Positions 1 to 9,975 of a stretch of 64,000 bases of DNA are shown here, one piece after another. This DNA is from an uncultured Rubripirellula sp. GTDB lineage: Bacteria; Planctomycetota; Planctomycetia; Pirellulales; Pirellulaceae. The stretch is taken from the NCBI GenBank assembly GCA_938085445.1, contig CALKGR010000001.1:128001-192000 (forward strand). The letters are read 5' to 3'. Made by a program: the position numbers and the translations under genes. Under the pieces are notes generated by a model. It was not told the origin of the DNA. It ran no database searches and worked only from the letters and a program-made list of their open reading frames with translations. Positions within the stretch are counted from its first letter, which is position 1; every line of letters starts with the position of its first letter.

Positions 1-538
1 GGTTTTCGACTTCCACTTCCAACTGACTCTTCGCACCGAGCATAGCTTCCATCCGCTCCTGTGCAGCCTGCAACGAAGCTTCACGAGCTGACAGCATCTG
101 CCCCAGCTTTTCTGCTGTTGCCCGACGTGTCTTGAAACGCTTGAAACGATTCCCAAGATCACTTTGAACTTGTGCAGATGTGTAGGTGCGGCCCCCATAA
201 CTGTAGTACTCATTTTCGCTCCGCAAGTCCTCGCTCAAACGCTCAATATCACTTTGTGTCTTTGCGAGTCGCTCGTTAGTCTGATCCAGCTGTTTTTCCA
301 ACTTGGCAAAGTCAACTTTCTCACGAGCAATGCGTTTGGCATTCACTTCAATCTCTGGCTTCAGATCGGCAATCATCTGACGAGCTCGTTTCAGTTCCCA
401 CTCCAAGGGCATCGCATCACCCGCGGATTCCTGCAACCAACTAACCCCACATCGCGCGTAACTAAAAAGTGGCACGCCGAACATCAAACTCGAAAGGAGG
501 GCGATTCCGCCCCCCGCCATCATCATTTTTTTAATCAT
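1..538 (-). CDS. Membrane-anchored or signal-peptide coiled-coil protein (PspA/IM30-like?), 3' end runs off the window
   Basis: Not in the ORF track because there is no stop in the window. Manual translation from ATG 538 gives MIKKMMMAGGGIALLSSLMFGVPLFSYARCGVSWLQESAGDAMPLEWELKRARQMIADLKPEIEVNAKRIAREKV...LEVEVEN, open for about 179 codons. It has an AGGA SD upstream, a hydrophobic N-terminus and heptad-rich helices. Confidence 0.8.
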   Translation of the reverse strand, partial: MIKKMMMAGGGIALLSSLMFGVPLFSYARCGVSWLQESAGDAMPLEWELKRARQMIADLKPEIEVNAKRIAREKVDFAKLEKQLDQTNERLAKTQSDIERLSEDLRSENEYYSYGGRTYTSAQVQSDLGNRFKRFKTRRATAEKLGQMLSAREASLQAAQERMEAMLGAKSQLEVEVEN

Positions 539-1077
539 TTTACGGTTCCTCGAATGGGTGGCTGTTAGAAATCCATGACCAATACCAGTCGTATCAGTCA
601 CCGTTCCGAGCCGTCATTCGCTCCCGCTCTCGCAATCTTGGAGGTATTTCATCCAAAAAATCCTCAAATAGTGATTTCTTGACGCAAACCCGGCAATCTG
701 TAAACAAAACCAAACACCCGAGCCTGATCCCAAGCCCACTGGGGAACCCCATCTTCCCTTCTTGAATCCTAAGGGATTTTAATTACACTTAAAGGAGTTT
801 GAAGCCGATATTCACGAGACACAGAGGGATATCCTGGAAACGACAAGCGTGCTGCAGAAACGCGAGCCTCGAATCGTTTTCGCGACGCAGAACGGCCCTA
901 AACTGTTTGCTGACAGACACTTATTAAGAAACCCAAAAACAATTGCTAACTGGGATGCGACTTGCAGTGAACCTTACCGGATGAAGGAACTCTTTTACCT
1001 AAGAAGCCTCGAATGCAGTTCAGTCGCCAAAAATACTGAATGCGAATCGCTCTAACAGAAGAACGGAGATCACTCCG

Positions 1078-1296
1078 ATGCCCCATTCAAGCACCAGTCA
1101 ATCATCTACGAAAGCGACGACCGCTCCAGTCAAAGCGATGGGCGAGCATTGGTTCGATCTGACCGCGACGCTGAGTCGCGACTCTCGTGTCGAGTTTGGT
1201 GATTGGCTAAGCGGCGAGTTGGCACTGCTTGAGCTCAAACTTTTCCGTTTCTCTGCTTCACGTTCTGACCAGCAGATCAAATCCAAACGGCAGTGA
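1078..1296 (+). CDS. Small hypothetical protein (72 aa)
   Basis: GGAG SD upstream of the ATG; amphipathic core EFGDWLSGELALLELKL; occupies otherwise empty space. Confidence 0.5.
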   Translation: MPHSSTSQSSTKATTAPVKAMGEHWFDLTATLSRDSRVEFGDWLSGELALLELKLFRFSASRSDQQIKSKRQ

Positions 1297-1486
1297 GTTG
1301 GACAGGAATCCACCGCATAGAGTCCAACCCAATGCTCATCGAGCGGCAACGCTCCATCGGCAGTCTCATCGATATCAAGCATGCATCGAGTGAAGTGTTA
1401 ACCTTTCTCAGCCTAGAAAGTTCCACTCGCAAGTGATTCGGGATAGAATTCTGGCACATTCAGGACCTTTCTCCGAGACCTTGTTG

Positions 1487-3649
1487 ATGAATCACCTTCG
1501 CTTTTTCGCGTATCCGACAGCACTGATCTGCCTACAACTTTTTTCGTCCGGAACTGGATTCGGTCAGGAGAAAATCGAAGCCGCATCGATCAATGGATTT
1601 GAGACTGACAAACGGATCAAGGCTGACTGGACAAACCCCGACTTCTGGCAGGCTGCTGACAAGAATGCAGCAATTGACAGCTGGGAATTCATGAATGGCG
1701 AGATCCGATTAGTTCGACCACAAGGCGGCAAAGGCAGCCTTGTGAGCCATCCGTTGCCACCCAACTTTCAACTCTCTTTCGACTGGAAAATCCAAGCCAA
1801 TACCAACACTGGATTGAAGTATCGTGTCCGAAAATACGGTTCAAAGTATTACGGTGTGGAATATCAGATCATTGACGATAGTCCATCCGCATCGACCAAA
1901 GGATCGACAGCTGCGATCTATGACTTGTCAGGTCCCATGGTATTGAAGAAACTCAAGCCAACTGGCGAATGGAACACTGCGAAAATCGTCGCAGATGGAC
2001 CGATCTTGCAACACTATCTCAATGGTGATTTAGTATCTGAAATTACCACCAGCGGTCCTGCTTGGGACTCCAATCTTGCAGTCAGCAAATTTTGGGAACT
2101 AGAGAATTTTGGTCAGCCAATGGCCGGCGATCGAATCATGCTTACCGACCACGGTGGTAAAGCTGCCTACCGCAATTTCCACTTCGCGGAAATCCAAACA
2201 CCTAGCAGCCCATTAGCAGATCAATCGACAGGACCATTCTTGGCCAATGGAATGAGAAACAGTTGGGCGGACCAAAGTTCAATCGTACTTTGGACAAGAA
2301 CAACACGGCACAGGCAGATGAACATGGATGGACAACGATTCCGCACGTTATCATCAAAAGACGCTTCAAAGCTTTCCAAGAACACAGATGCTGAGCAGAT
2401 TCTTGCTGCTCAACTACCGCAGAATGCCATTTTGGATGACATGTTTGGTGCGTGCCCAGGCCAACAAGGCGAAGTACGTTTAATCTATTTTCCAAAACTT
2501 CAACGTCGAGCACTCAAGAGCACGCCGTGGAAGCAAACCGTTGCCTCAAATGACTTCACCACCCAATGGCAATTGGATGATCTGAAGCCGGGCACACGCT
2601 ATGCGGCCATCGTGGAGGCTCGTGCTTCTGATGGGCACCCCCCCACCGCAGTCATTCGTGGAGGTTTTGAAACCGCGCCCGCAGTTGATGCGAAAAGAAA
2701 CATCAAATTTTGCATGACCACTTGCCATGATTTTCTTCGTCGTGACGATGGACTCCAAGGACACAAAATCTATCCCGCGATGGCGAAAATCGATCCTGAC
2801 TTTGTCGTACATGCCGGGGACATTGAATACTACGACAAGCCAGATCCCTGGGCGATGACAATGGAATTGATGCGTTTCAAATGGGGCAGAATCTTTGCTC
2901 TGCCCAGCAATCGTCAGTTTTATCAAGACACGACCAGCTACTTTCTAAAAGACGACCATGACACATTGAAGAATGACTGCTCTCCCGGGCAAAAATACGG
3001 CTCGGTAAGCTTTGAACAGGGAGTGAAATTATTCAATCACGAACAATTCCCAACCCATGATCCGCGCTACCAAACGGTGCGATGGGGAAAAGACCTTCAA
3101 GTCTGGTTCCTCGAAGGTCGTGATTTCCGAAGCCCTAATCAAGTACCTGATGGACCCGAAAAAACAATTCTTGGTAAAGAGCAGAAAAAATGGCTGTTCG
3201 AGACGCTTGATGCTTCAGAAGCAAAATTCAAACTCGTGTTCAGCCCGACGCCGATCGTTGGCCCCGATCGAAAAAACAAAAAAGACAATCATGCAAACGA
3301 AATCTTTACCCACGAGGGAATCGAACTTCGAAACAGACTCGCGCAGTATGAAGATCTAATCGTGCTTTGCGGTGATCGTCATTGGCAGTATGCATCCCAT
3401 GACAAACAGTCTGATCTCTGGGAGTTTGGATGTGGTCCCGGAAGCGAAAAGCATCAACTTGGATGGAACCCCCAAGACAAGCGGCCTATCCATCAGTTCC
3501 TTCGTGTCGCGGGTGGATTTTTATCCGGAGAAATCAAATACAACAAAAAGCGATCTCAACTCACGCTGCAGCATCGTAAAGTCAACGGCGAGGTTGTAAG
3601 CGAGTTTCAATTTCCAAGAGGACAAACCGACCCCACGCCCAAAAATTGA
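1487..3649 (+). CDS. Secreted DUF1080 (3-keto-disaccharide hydrolase-like) + alkaline phosphatase D (PhoD-like) fusion
   Basis: Signal peptide after ATG 1487 (track start 1433). DUF1080-like motifs NTGLKYR, EYQIID, GEWN, LTDHGG. PhoD motifs VLWTR, HAGDIEYYD, KDDHD, GDRH. Confidence 0.85.
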   Translation: MNHLRFFAYPTALICLQLFSSGTGFGQEKIEAASINGFETDKRIKADWTNPDFWQAADKNAAIDSWEFMNGEIRLVRPQGGKGSLVSHPLPPNFQLSFDWKIQANTNTGLKYRVRKYGSKYYGVEYQIIDDSPSASTKGSTAAIYDLSGPMVLKKLKPTGEWNTAKIVADGPILQHYLNGDLVSEITTSGPAWDSNLAVSKFWELENFGQPMAGDRIMLTDHGGKAAYRNFHFAEIQTPSSPLADQSTGPFLANGMRNSWADQSSIVLWTRTTRHRQMNMDGQRFRTLSSKDASKLSKNTDAEQILAAQLPQNAILDDMFGACPGQQGEVRLIYFPKLQRRALKSTPWKQTVASNDFTTQWQLDDLKPGTRYAAIVEARASDGHPPTAVIRGGFETAPAVDAKRNIKFCMTTCHDFLRRDDGLQGHKIYPAMAKIDPDFVVHAGDIEYYDKPDPWAMTMELMRFKWGRIFALPSNRQFYQDTTSYFLKDDHDTLKNDCSPGQKYGSVSFEQGVKLFNHEQFPTHDPRYQTVRWGKDLQVWFLEGRDFRSPNQVPDGPEKTILGKEQKKWLFETLDASEAKFKLVFSPTPIVGPDRKNKKDNHANEIFTHEGIELRNRLAQYEDLIVLCGDRHWQYASHDKQSDLWEFGCGPGSEKHQLGWNPQDKRPIHQFLRVAGGFLSGEIKYNKKRSQLTLQHRKVNGEVVSEFQFPRGQTDPTPKN

Positions 3650-3692
3650 CACAGCTCTACGAACGAACGCCAGGCCAACGCGAGTCACCACT

Positions 3693-5054
3693 TCATTTTG
3701 CCTGTTGCTGAATCATAAGCATCAAGTCAGCAGATGGCTGATTCAGCGTCATCACTTGGGTCGGACCAGCAGGATTCGCGCGATCTCGCACAATCACGAT
3801 CACTTCACGCTCATTTCTAGACGGACTACCGAGATTAAGTATTTCACTGGGTGAGACGCGAGCTGTCCCACTCAATGCGTTGACTCCATCTGCTTCGATA
3901 TTGGTACTCGCACCACCGCCTGAATTTTCTCGCTGCAATGCAGCGAGCCGCATCTGAGGAGGCTGGGCACGCTTGTAAATCGTCGAAAGACCTGTTTTGT
4001 CAAGTTGCCATCGCACAGAACCCGGGCCAGCATAAATCCCAACATCACCTTCGTAATCAGCGGCGTTACACACACCAATCAACCTCCCTGCCTCATCAAA
4101 CAGGCCACCACCGCTTCGACCATCAATCGGTGCACCAGCTATTTCCAGATTGGAAACTCCCAGGTGTTGATCGTACTTATCAACACCGGTAATCCTCGTG
4201 TCACGACGGGAAGGGTCAGCGCCTCGATCACAACCAAAACTGAACGCAGTTTGGCCGACACGTACTCGTTCCTGCGAATGAATCATCTGGACCGGCTGCA
4301 TCTGAAAACCAGGACGGATTGCAACAAGTGCAACATCGTGTGTATCAGCATCGTAGTCAAGCAATTCACCAGCTATTGTCTTAGTCTGCCCGCCAACATA
4401 AAGATCTACTTCAATCTTTTCTTGCCCTCTGTTTTCTCGAAACAGATGCCCGCATGTTAAGACCAATGCCTGATCACCGTTGGTATCAATAACCGTACCA
4501 GTACCAGCACCATACCCATGCCCATCGTGGACACGGAGACGAACTGTTGCCGCACGCGCTATTTCGATCGCTTGAGCAAGTGATACCGTCGGCATTGCTT
4601 CGCTGACAGCAGAGGCTGGACTGACACTTGCTGACATACCGCCAGCAAGTGGTGCAAGCCGGGTCGCCGGTGCCGCAATATTTTTAAAAGAAGGATCTGT
4701 TGCTCGGGTGGGTATCCGAGGTCCGGATGGATTGCTCGCTAGCGCAGCCTGCAAAGCAACCAGTGATTGCTGCCCAATCAACCTTGCCACTTCCTGACCA
4801 CCTGACAAGACGACATAAGTCGGTGTCTTACGGATGCCGTAGCGAGCAGCCAAATGTGGTTCCGTGATCACGTCAACGTGCCGAATTGCCACACCATTGC
4901 TAGCAAGCTGCGTAAGCGTTGGCTTCATCGCCTTACAGGGAGAGCAATGGGCAGATGAGAAGTCGAGCAGAATCGCATCGCCTGCAGAGGCGGCCTGAGG
5001 TGAAGCCAAAAATCCTAATGAGCCGGCAACCAACAGTGCGAAAAACAATCTCAT
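3693..5054 (-). CDS. Secreted thioredoxin-domain + trypsin-like serine protease
   Basis: Signal peptide; Trx motif HCSPC and TPT; triad motifs LTCGH, HDVAL, GRSGGG. Confidence 0.85.
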   Translation of the reverse strand: MRLFFALLVAGSLGFLASPQAASAGDAILLDFSSAHCSPCKAMKPTLTQLASNGVAIRHVDVITEPHLAARYGIRKTPTYVVLSGGQEVARLIGQQSLVALQAALASNPSGPRIPTRATDPSFKNIAAPATRLAPLAGGMSASVSPASAVSEAMPTVSLAQAIEIARAATVRLRVHDGHGYGAGTGTVIDTNGDQALVLTCGHLFRENRGQEKIEVDLYVGGQTKTIAGELLDYDADTHDVALVAIRPGFQMQPVQMIHSQERVRVGQTAFSFGCDRGADPSRRDTRITGVDKYDQHLGVSNLEIAGAPIDGRSGGGLFDEAGRLIGVCNAADYEGDVGIYAGPGSVRWQLDKTGLSTIYKRAQPPQMRLAALQRENSGGGASTNIEADGVNALSGTARVSPSEILNLGSPSRNEREVIVIVRDRANPAGPTQVMTLNQPSADLMLMIQQQAK

Positions 5055-5399
5055 CGCGTTCGCCCCTCCGTGGACAACATGTGCATGAACTATGCTTTTG
5101 GCTGAGGCATCCTGCCATCAGAAAAGCACCGCTGGTTCGAGCATAACTCGCGCCCGACCATGCTGCGGATAGTCGGTGACAACCCCATTCTGAGGCAAGA
5201 TCAAACGTCGATGTGGCTTTAAAACTTGAGACTTTTTTTGAATTAGAGTGCGGATTTCAGCATTTTTCTAATTCAGGCGTGCACGATGGCCCGGAAGAAG
5301 TGAAGCTTTCGAGATCTCAACCGTCACCGTGCCGTCGTATGAAATGTCTCAGATGAGTACAATTCCGTACTCGATCCTGTCTCCCAATTGCTTTCATTC

Positions 5400-7439
5400 A
5401 TGACACGAAAAATACTTGTCACTAGTGCTCTTCCTTACGCGAATGGCCCGATTCACATCGGACATCTGGTGGAATACATCCAGACCGACGTTTGGGTCCG
5501 TTTTCAGAAAATGCGCGGCAACCGCTGCATCTATATTTGTGCCGACGATACCCACGGCACGGCGATCATGATCCGCGCCCGGAAGGAGGGACGCAGTGAA
5601 GAAGCCCTGATTGATGACATGAGCAAAGCTCATCAACGTGACTTCGCTGGTTTTGGCATTCAATTTGATCATTACGGCAGCACCAACAGCAATGCAAACC
5701 GAGAAATCTGTGCTGAATTCTGGCAATCACTCCGGGAAGCAGACCTGATTACCGAACGATCAATCGAACAGCTCTTTGACCCCGAAGCTGAAACATTTCT
5801 CGCAGACCGTTTTGTACGTGGGACTTGCCCAAGCTGTGGTCGCACTGATCAGGCTGGTGATAATTGTACGTGTGGCGCGACCTACAACCCAACTGATTTG
5901 ATTGATCCCAAGAGCACTCTTAGTGGTGCTACTCCGGTACTTCGTGAATCCAACCATTTGTTTGTCCAATTGGAAAAAATCCATGCTTTTTTGAATGATT
6001 GGGTTGAAACGAGTGGCGCTCTACAAAGTGAAGTTGCAAACTATTTGAAAGGGCACTTTCTCGCAGAAGAATTGCGAGACTGGGACATCAGCAGGCCAGC
6101 ACCGTACTTTGGGTTTGAGATACCAGACTCCCCGGGTAACTACTGGTATGTCTGGTTCGATGCACCGATTGGCTACATCGCCAGCACCCAGGAATGGTGC
6201 GAAAACAATGGCGAACAGTTGGCAGACTGGTGGCGAGATCCAGATTGCGAAATTCACCACTTCATCGGTAAGGACATCACGTACTTTCATACGCTGTTCT
6301 GGCCCGGCATGCTGAATACAGCCAAGTACAACATGCCTACAAAGGTACACATTCACGGCTTCCTCAACGTCGACGGTAAGAAGATGTCGAAACGTGATGG
6401 AACACTTGTCGCTGCAGAGACCTATTTAAAATATGCAAATCCTTCATGTCTGAGATATTTTTACGCAACCAAGTTGACCTCACGCGTAGAAGACCTGGAT
6501 TTGGGAGTCGAGGAATTCACCGAGAAAGTGAATAGCGATTTGGTGGGCAAAGTCGTCAACTTGGCGAGTCGCGTTGGTAAGTTCGCCAACAAAACCGGGC
6601 TCTCCGCAACGTATCCCGATGACAGTGGTCTATTCGCAGCCGCGGCAGCAGCAGGTGACGAGATTGCGGGAGCTTACGAAGCTGGTGAATACGCAAAAGC
6701 AATGCGGAAAATCATGGAACTGGCTGATGCGGCAAATCCGTATGTCGAGCATGCCAAGCCATGGGAAATGAAGAAGGATGAACAAAGAACTGACGAACTA
6801 CGAGATACATGCACCGTAGCTCTAAATCTATTTCGCCAGCTTGCAATCTACCTTGCACCTGTCTTGCCTGAGTTGGCAGTGAAGTGCGGCGATTTATTGG
6901 GTGAAGAGATTACTTCATGGGATCAAAGCAAGAAACCTTTGGTCGGAAGCCCCGTATCGAAATTCAAACGTATGATGGATCGAGTACAACCTGAGGATTT
7001 GACAAAAATGATTGAAGAAAGCAAAGAACTGGCAGCTGAAGATAGTGCAGCAGATAACCAGCCAACCTTTCATGACAGTGACCAGCCGCTTAAAGATGAA
7101 CCACTCTCTGACGAGATCACCATTGATGACTTCGCAAAAGTGGACCTCAGGGTTGCCCGCGTGATCAGTGCCGAGCACGTCCCCGAAGCGAATAAGTTGC
7201 TGAAATTGACACTTAGCCTTGGTGGCGAAGAACGCCGGCAGGTATTCGCAGGGATCAAGGCCGCCTACGAACCAGAGAATCTCGTTGGGCGACTGGTTGT
7301 CATGGTTGCTAACCTGAAGCCAAGAAAGATGCGATTTGGGCTCAGCGAAGGAATGGTAACTGCTTCTGGACCGGGTGGTGCTGACGTATTTATCCTAGGT
7401 GTCGATGATGGCGCGCAGCCTGGACAACGTGTCCACTGA
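5400..7439 (+). CDS. metG: Methionine--tRNA ligase
   Basis: [32 protein letters not shown] motifs; C-terminal tRNA-binding OB domain ([11 protein letters not shown]). Confidence 0.98.
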   Translation: MTRKILVTSALPYANGPIHIGHLVEYIQTDVWVRFQKMRGNRCIYICADDTHGTAIMIRARKEGRSEEALIDDMSKAHQRDFAGFGIQFDHYGSTNSNANREICAEFWQSLREADLITERSIEQLFDPEAETFLADRFVRGTCPSCGRTDQAGDNCTCGATYNPTDLIDPKSTLSGATPVLRESNHLFVQLEKIHAFLNDWVETSGALQSEVANYLKGHFLAEELRDWDISRPAPYFGFEIPDSPGNYWYVWFDAPIGYIASTQEWCENNGEQLADWWRDPDCEIHHFIGKDITYFHTLFWPGMLNTAKYNMPTKVHIHGFLNVDGKKMSKRDGTLVAAETYLKYANPSCLRYFYATKLTSRVEDLDLGVEEFTEKVNSDLVGKVVNLASRVGKFANKTGLSATYPDDSGLFAAAAAAGDEIAGAYEAGEYAKAMRKIMELADAANPYVEHAKPWEMKKDEQRTDELRDTCTVALNLFRQLAIYLAPVLPELAVKCGDLLGEEITSWDQSKKPLVGSPVSKFKRMMDRVQPEDLTKMIEESKELAAEDSAADNQPTFHDSDQPLKDEPLSDEITIDDFAKVDLRVARVISAEHVPEANKLLKLTLSLGGEERRQVFAGIKAAYEPENLVGRLVVMVANLKPRKMRFGLSEGMVTASGPGGADVFILGVDDGAQPGQRVH

Positions 7440-7472
7440 GGCCAGCCCTGAATTTGAGGTGATCCCTATCCC

Positions 7473-8309
7473 ATGTTGCGGCGACCCCTTCGCTCTTTCC
7501 GCCGCCATCTGCTTGATCGGATGGTACTGCGACCATCGCAGCACCCCATTCACGCACCGACTCAGGAAAGAGTGATACTGCCATGCAAGACTGAAACCAT
7601 TGAGTGCTTTGTGCAGCAGAGCCACCATGGTTCTGAGCCGCCTGAGCTACTGATACTAAAATTCCCCGGAACGGCGGGCCGAGCCGAACGCTCTTCCTCG
7701 TTTCCTGTAAACCTGCTGGACAACCAACGAACCGCCATTTGGACCTGGAATCCTCCTGGCTACGGGGGCAGCAGCGGGCAAGCCAGTCTTGCAGCCATAG
7801 CCCGGGCTGGCTCAGCTTTCTGGCAAACGATTACCGAACAACATGCTGGTCCAAATACTTCCATTTGGTTGTGTGGTAATAGCCTCGGCTGCGCGACAAT
7901 TCTTCATATCGCTGCCAAGCACACTCCAGATCCAACATGCACAGGCTTGATCCTTCGAAATCCTCCCCCTTTGAAGCGTGTTATCAAAAGAGCAGCCAAT
8001 CCTTATCCACACTTCGGTCTTATCAATCCAGTGATTGCTGATTTATGCGATTCCATGGACACAATGAAAACCGCTCCAAAAGTCAATCTGCATGCAGTGA
8101 TTTTGCAATCTGAACTCGACACACTTGTGCCCATTGATTTTCAGAATGAAATGCTGGAAACCTATGGTGGACCATTACGAAAAGTCCTTCTAAAAGGTAT
8201 TGATCACGATGGTCTTTCCACGGATCGCCACAAGTCTGCTATTTGCGACAGCGTACGCTGGCTTTGGAAACATACGCGTCCTACCAACGAGCCTCTCGGG
8301 GCTAATTGA
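7473..8309 (+). CDS. Alpha/beta hydrolase
   Basis: PPGYGGSSG, nucleophile elbow GNSLG, SELDTLVP (Asp), GIDH (His). Confidence 0.85.
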   Translation: MLRRPLRSFRRHLLDRMVLRPSQHPIHAPTQERVILPCKTETIECFVQQSHHGSEPPELLILKFPGTAGRAERSSSFPVNLLDNQRTAIWTWNPPGYGGSSGQASLAAIARAGSAFWQTITEQHAGPNTSIWLCGNSLGCATILHIAAKHTPDPTCTGLILRNPPPLKRVIKRAANPYPHFGLINPVIADLCDSMDTMKTAPKVNLHAVILQSELDTLVPIDFQNEMLETYGGPLRKVLLKGIDHDGLSTDRHKSAICDSVRWLWKHTRPTNEPLGAN

Positions 8310-8324
8310 TCACCATCATTAAGC

Positions 8325-8819
8325 ATGATTGAAACACATATTCGAAAAGCCGTCACGAATGACGCCACTGCAATCGCTGACATCTACAACCACCATATAG
8401 AAATTGGTGGATCGACCTTTGATACGCAGCTTTGGGCATCGGTCGACGTAGGCAAGCTCATTGAAAAGCCGATCCCCGATGCATGGTTCGTCGCTGAATC
8501 AAAAGACCAGATTCTGGGCTGGTCAGCTACCAGGCCTCACAGCAAACGTCATGGCTATCGCTACACCTGTGAGACTGCAATTTACTTGCATCCGACTTCG
8601 ACAGGACGCGGTATTGGAGATCTGCTTCAGAAACAGATCGAAGAGCACTGTCGCGAGGTAGGATTACACCACGCAGTTGCCAAAATAATTAGCGACAATC
8701 ACCGAAGCATATCATTCCACCAACGACACGGTTACGAGATCGTCGGCGTGCAAAAGGAAATCGGACGTATGCAAGATCGATGGTGTGATGTCACAATCAT
8801 GCAAAGAATCTTTCACTAA
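8325..8819 (+). CDS. GNAT N-acetyltransferase (YncA/phosphinothricin acetyltransferase-like)
   Basis: AIADIYNH, ETAIYL..GRGIG, N..SISFHQRHGY, QKEIG...WCD. Confidence 0.9.
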   Translation: MIETHIRKAVTNDATAIADIYNHHIEIGGSTFDTQLWASVDVGKLIEKPIPDAWFVAESKDQILGWSATRPHSKRHGYRYTCETAIYLHPTSTGRGIGDLLQKQIEEHCREVGLHHAVAKIISDNHRSISFHQRHGYEIVGVQKEIGRMQDRWCDVTIMQRIFH

Positions 8820-8880
8820 CGTCCAAAATCTGGCAGCGAATACAACCGCCAAAGCAGAGTAACCGGATCATGGTATCGGC

Positions 8881-9975
8881 TCAGCGACTGGCAGACCGCG
8901 CTTCAGCGAGCATGCTGACCATCTCAGGCAATATCAGCGACGCAGGCAAGGCATAACTCACGACGCGACCCGCGCGAGCGATATTGATCCCAATGACGTT
9001 ACCTTGAGTGTCCATGAGAGGTCCACCACACTCATCAGGATCTAGAACGGTGTCGTGCTGCATGACCTGGTCAAAACCTGAGAGGCGTACGTTTCGTGGC
9101 CCGTTGACTCGTGTATCACTCTCAGATTCTCGCATCACATTCAAATCACGTATGGAAGCATCTACATCCATGGTCGTTGAATCTTTTGCTTCATCACTCC
9201 GCGTGATTGTCAAGCGAACGCTTTCCCCTGGAAACATTCCACGCAGCGTTTCAATGACACCCAAACGACTACGCTCTTCTCGACCGTTGATAGCGACGAT
9301 CAAGTCTCCTTTCTTGATACCAGCCGCTTCAGCCCCACTATCAGGGAAGACGCCACGTACCAAAGCCCTACCCGTTCGATCATCCTGCAACAGGACACCA
9401 AGTCGTCCTTGATGAGAGATTCTGCGTGGCTTCGCCCCAATCACACCTAAACCGATTGGATTTGACTTTCGCCCAACACTGATAACAAAGCTCGCGACCG
9501 GTGGTGTCTTGCCAGCGAACCGAGCAGGAGTGAAGTTGAGATCCCCTTCGACTCTGAGCATCGCTAAATCGTTGGCTCGTCGCACGGCGGCGACTCGGGC
9601 CGGCAAGAGCTGTCCGTCGCTCAGTCGTACACGAATAGGATCTCCACTCAATTCACTACGCTTCGTCAGAATGAAGCCATCTTCGGCGACAATCGTTCCT
9701 AGGGCGACCGGTCGGTCACCACTGTAAACCTGAACAACAGAGCCAGAAATTTTCTCAGTTACTGGCCGAACCAGATTCATCATGGACGCATTATCACGTC
9801 GTGGAAGTGGCTCAAACTGAGCAAGTGAGGCCTGCCCACCGGTTGCCAATATGACGGCGAAGAAAACTAACGGAATTTTTTTTGCACCAGAGCTCATGCT
9901 ACTAATCACCATCTTGCACCAAACCGAATCTGAAATGTCGTAAAGTCTCTGCTTCCGTTTATTCGCCTCGCCCAA
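8881..9975 (-). CDS. HtrA/S1C-like protein with internal PDZ domain, catalytic residues degenerate (true start probably a downstream ATG)
   Basis: Trypsin-like fold motifs with LTKRSE in place of LTxxH and DECGGP in place of GxSGGP; PDZ segment GRLGV...GAEAAGIKKGDLI. Confidence 0.8.
   Translation of the reverse strand: MGEANKRKQRLYDISDSVWCKMVISSMSSGAKKIPLVFFAVILATGGQASLAQFEPLPRRDNASMMNLVRPVTEKISGSVVQVYSGDRPVALGTIVAEDGFILTKRSELSGDPIRVRLSDGQLLPARVAAVRRANDLAMLRVEGDLNFTPARFAGKTPPVASFVISVGRKSNPIGLGVIGAKPRRISHQGRLGVLLQDDRTGRALVRGVFPDSGAEAAGIKKGDLIVAINGREERSRLGVIETLRGMFPGESVRLTITRSDEAKDSTTMDVDASIRDLNVMRESESDTRVNGPRNVRLSGFDQVMQHDTVLDPDECGGPLMDTQGNVIGINIARAGRVVSYALPASLILPEMVSMLAEARSASR

Noticed and set aside
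164..568. 134-aa plus-strand ORF in the track
   Set aside because: Antisense shadow of the better-supported minus-strand coiled-coil gene (1-538).
789..812. Sigma-28-like promoter (TAAA...GCCGATAT)
   Set aside because: Spacing is 10 nt rather than about 15, so only the -10 element matches.
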